A stretch of 59,480 nt of DNA from Elusimicrobiota bacterium (GTDB lineage: Bacteria > Elusimicrobiota > Endomicrobiia > Endomicrobiales > JBDRNC01): assembly GCA_043811535.1 (NCBI GenBank), contig JBDRNC010000011.1, positions 1 through 59,480 of the forward strand. The letters run 5' to 3'. This document shows positions 58,604-59,480 of the stretch, piece after piece. Within the stretch, counting starts at the first letter, position 1. Every line of letters begins with the position of its first letter. A program made the position numbers and the translations under genes. Under the pieces are notes generated by a model. The model did not search any database. It was not told the origin of the DNA and saw only the letters and a list, made by a program, of their open reading frames with translations.

Positions 58604-58980
58604 ATGGGGGACAACAGCAGCTGGGGGATTGACAGGAAGCGTGGGGGAGGACCTGGGCATGTCTAAAAACTGCCCTTTTCTTTCCCTTGTTTGCATTTGT
58701 GCATTTGCATTTTCAGGCTTCATTAACCCACTCCCCCACTCATCCCTGCAACAACGTTGTAGAGCACAGCGACCCTAAAACCTACCTAAAAACCTATCAA
58801 CTACCCTAATAACCTAAAAAAACACATAAAAACGCTCTTTAGAGCACTACAAACATATCGCCCGAAAGGCAATCCTATCATTCACGTGGCGAACTAAAGT
58901 TCCCATACAACCCTTAAACCACCCACCTAATCTCAAACTAACCCAAAACCCGAAATCAATCTTCACAAAGACTAACTAAA

Positions 58981-59051
58981 CAGCCCGAAGGGCTGATACA
59001 TAATAGCGCACGAAGTGCGACTAACAAAAAAACATAACGGCGAAGCCGTTA
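58981..59051 (+). other. Three C-GAA-G triloop hairpins
   Basis: cagccc-gaa-gggctg; cgcac-gaa-gtgcg; taacggc-gaa-gccgtta. Confidence 0.7.
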
Positions 59052-59175
59052 AGCTACGCATATCACGCACTATAACATAGCCCTCTATGATGCGAACCTC
59101 AATGAGCGAGTGAAACATCCTGCGAATTAGAGCGCAAGCGAGTATGAGCTGGCTATGGCAATTTAAATGGAAGGC

Positions 59176-59480
59176 TTACGCCTTCCCGTATAATTTCTCT
59201 ATAATCTTGCCTAACTTCCTGTAATACTTGTCTTCATTCAGCTTGACTCCTTTTACATTCCTGTAATGCTCAACCTCAAATTCGTTAAGCACTATCCTGT
59301 CAAAAGGGTCATAAATATTTCTTAACTCTCTAAGTCTTTCTAAAGTGGTCGGGTTTGTCAAGGCCAGTCTTTGACTTTTCTTAAGGTGTAAACCTCTTTT
59401 TGAAAGAACCGCCGTTTCTATGCAACGTTTGCTGCGGCTAACGCATCGCACTTCCCGGAATATACATGCCACGGCGTATT
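59176..59480 (-). CDS. Hypothetical protein, possibly the 3' end of a gene beyond the window
   Basis: Frame is open to the window edge; no recognisable motif. Confidence 0.45.
   Translation of the reverse strand, partial: YAVACIFREVRCVSRSKRCIETAVLSKRGLHLKKSQRLALTNPTTLERLRELRNIYDPFDRIVLNEFEVEHYRNVKGVKLNEDKYYRKLGKIIEKLYGKA

Larger units (their letters stand above)
32909..59480. mobile_element. Genomic island inserted in comM (right end outside window)
   Basis: comM truncation, abrupt shift to AT-rich sequence, loss of the host intergenic repeats, and recombinase and defence genes. Confidence 0.88.

Noticed and set aside
59066..59160. attC site
   Set aside because: Has an RYYYAAC-like start but no matching GTTRRRY end, and the stem is weak
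33000..59480. Prophage
   Set aside because: No terminase, capsid, portal, tail or lysis genes recognised in the window

Overview
Bacterial window in two parts; an Elusimicrobiota-like host is my impression only and is not proven here. Part A (1 to about 32.9 kb) is a GC-balanced housekeeping region, almost all on the + strand. It opens with the probable 3' end of an IS110-type transposase, then carries aroC/aroK, pfkA, aroB/aroQ, efp-accBC, gmhA-rfaE2, thiD2-thiE-thiC, thrB-lysC-cimA-ilvDBNC, rpe and rpsP-khpA-rimM-trmD-rplS-rnhB-yraN. Most of its longer intergenic spaces hold 7-nt-period tandem arrays, often with an inverted second arm and often starting at a stop codon; one array lies in frame inside aroB. 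Two spacers (efp-accB and rpsP-khpA) share a tiny uORF plus anti-Shine-Dalgarno switch-like element. Part B (about 32.9 kb to the window end) is a visibly AT-richer genomic island that truncates comM just after its PHHT motif. Its cargo includes Gabija, a DUF262/DUF1524 (GmrSD-like) multidomain protein, a two-methyltransferase/two-nuclease RM-like operon, a secreted ComEC-type metallo-beta-lactamase-fold protein and a DUF2188 pair. Its apparent mobility core has two tyrosine recombinases (one archaeal-looking), a HerA/VirD4-like ATPase-nuclease fusion, an SSB-like protein, DUF3768, a recurring TTTCAGGACAA motif and a cluster of C-GAA-G DNA mini-hairpins. The right end of the island and the 3' half of comM are not in the window. 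All family calls come from motifs recognised by eye; no database searches were run.
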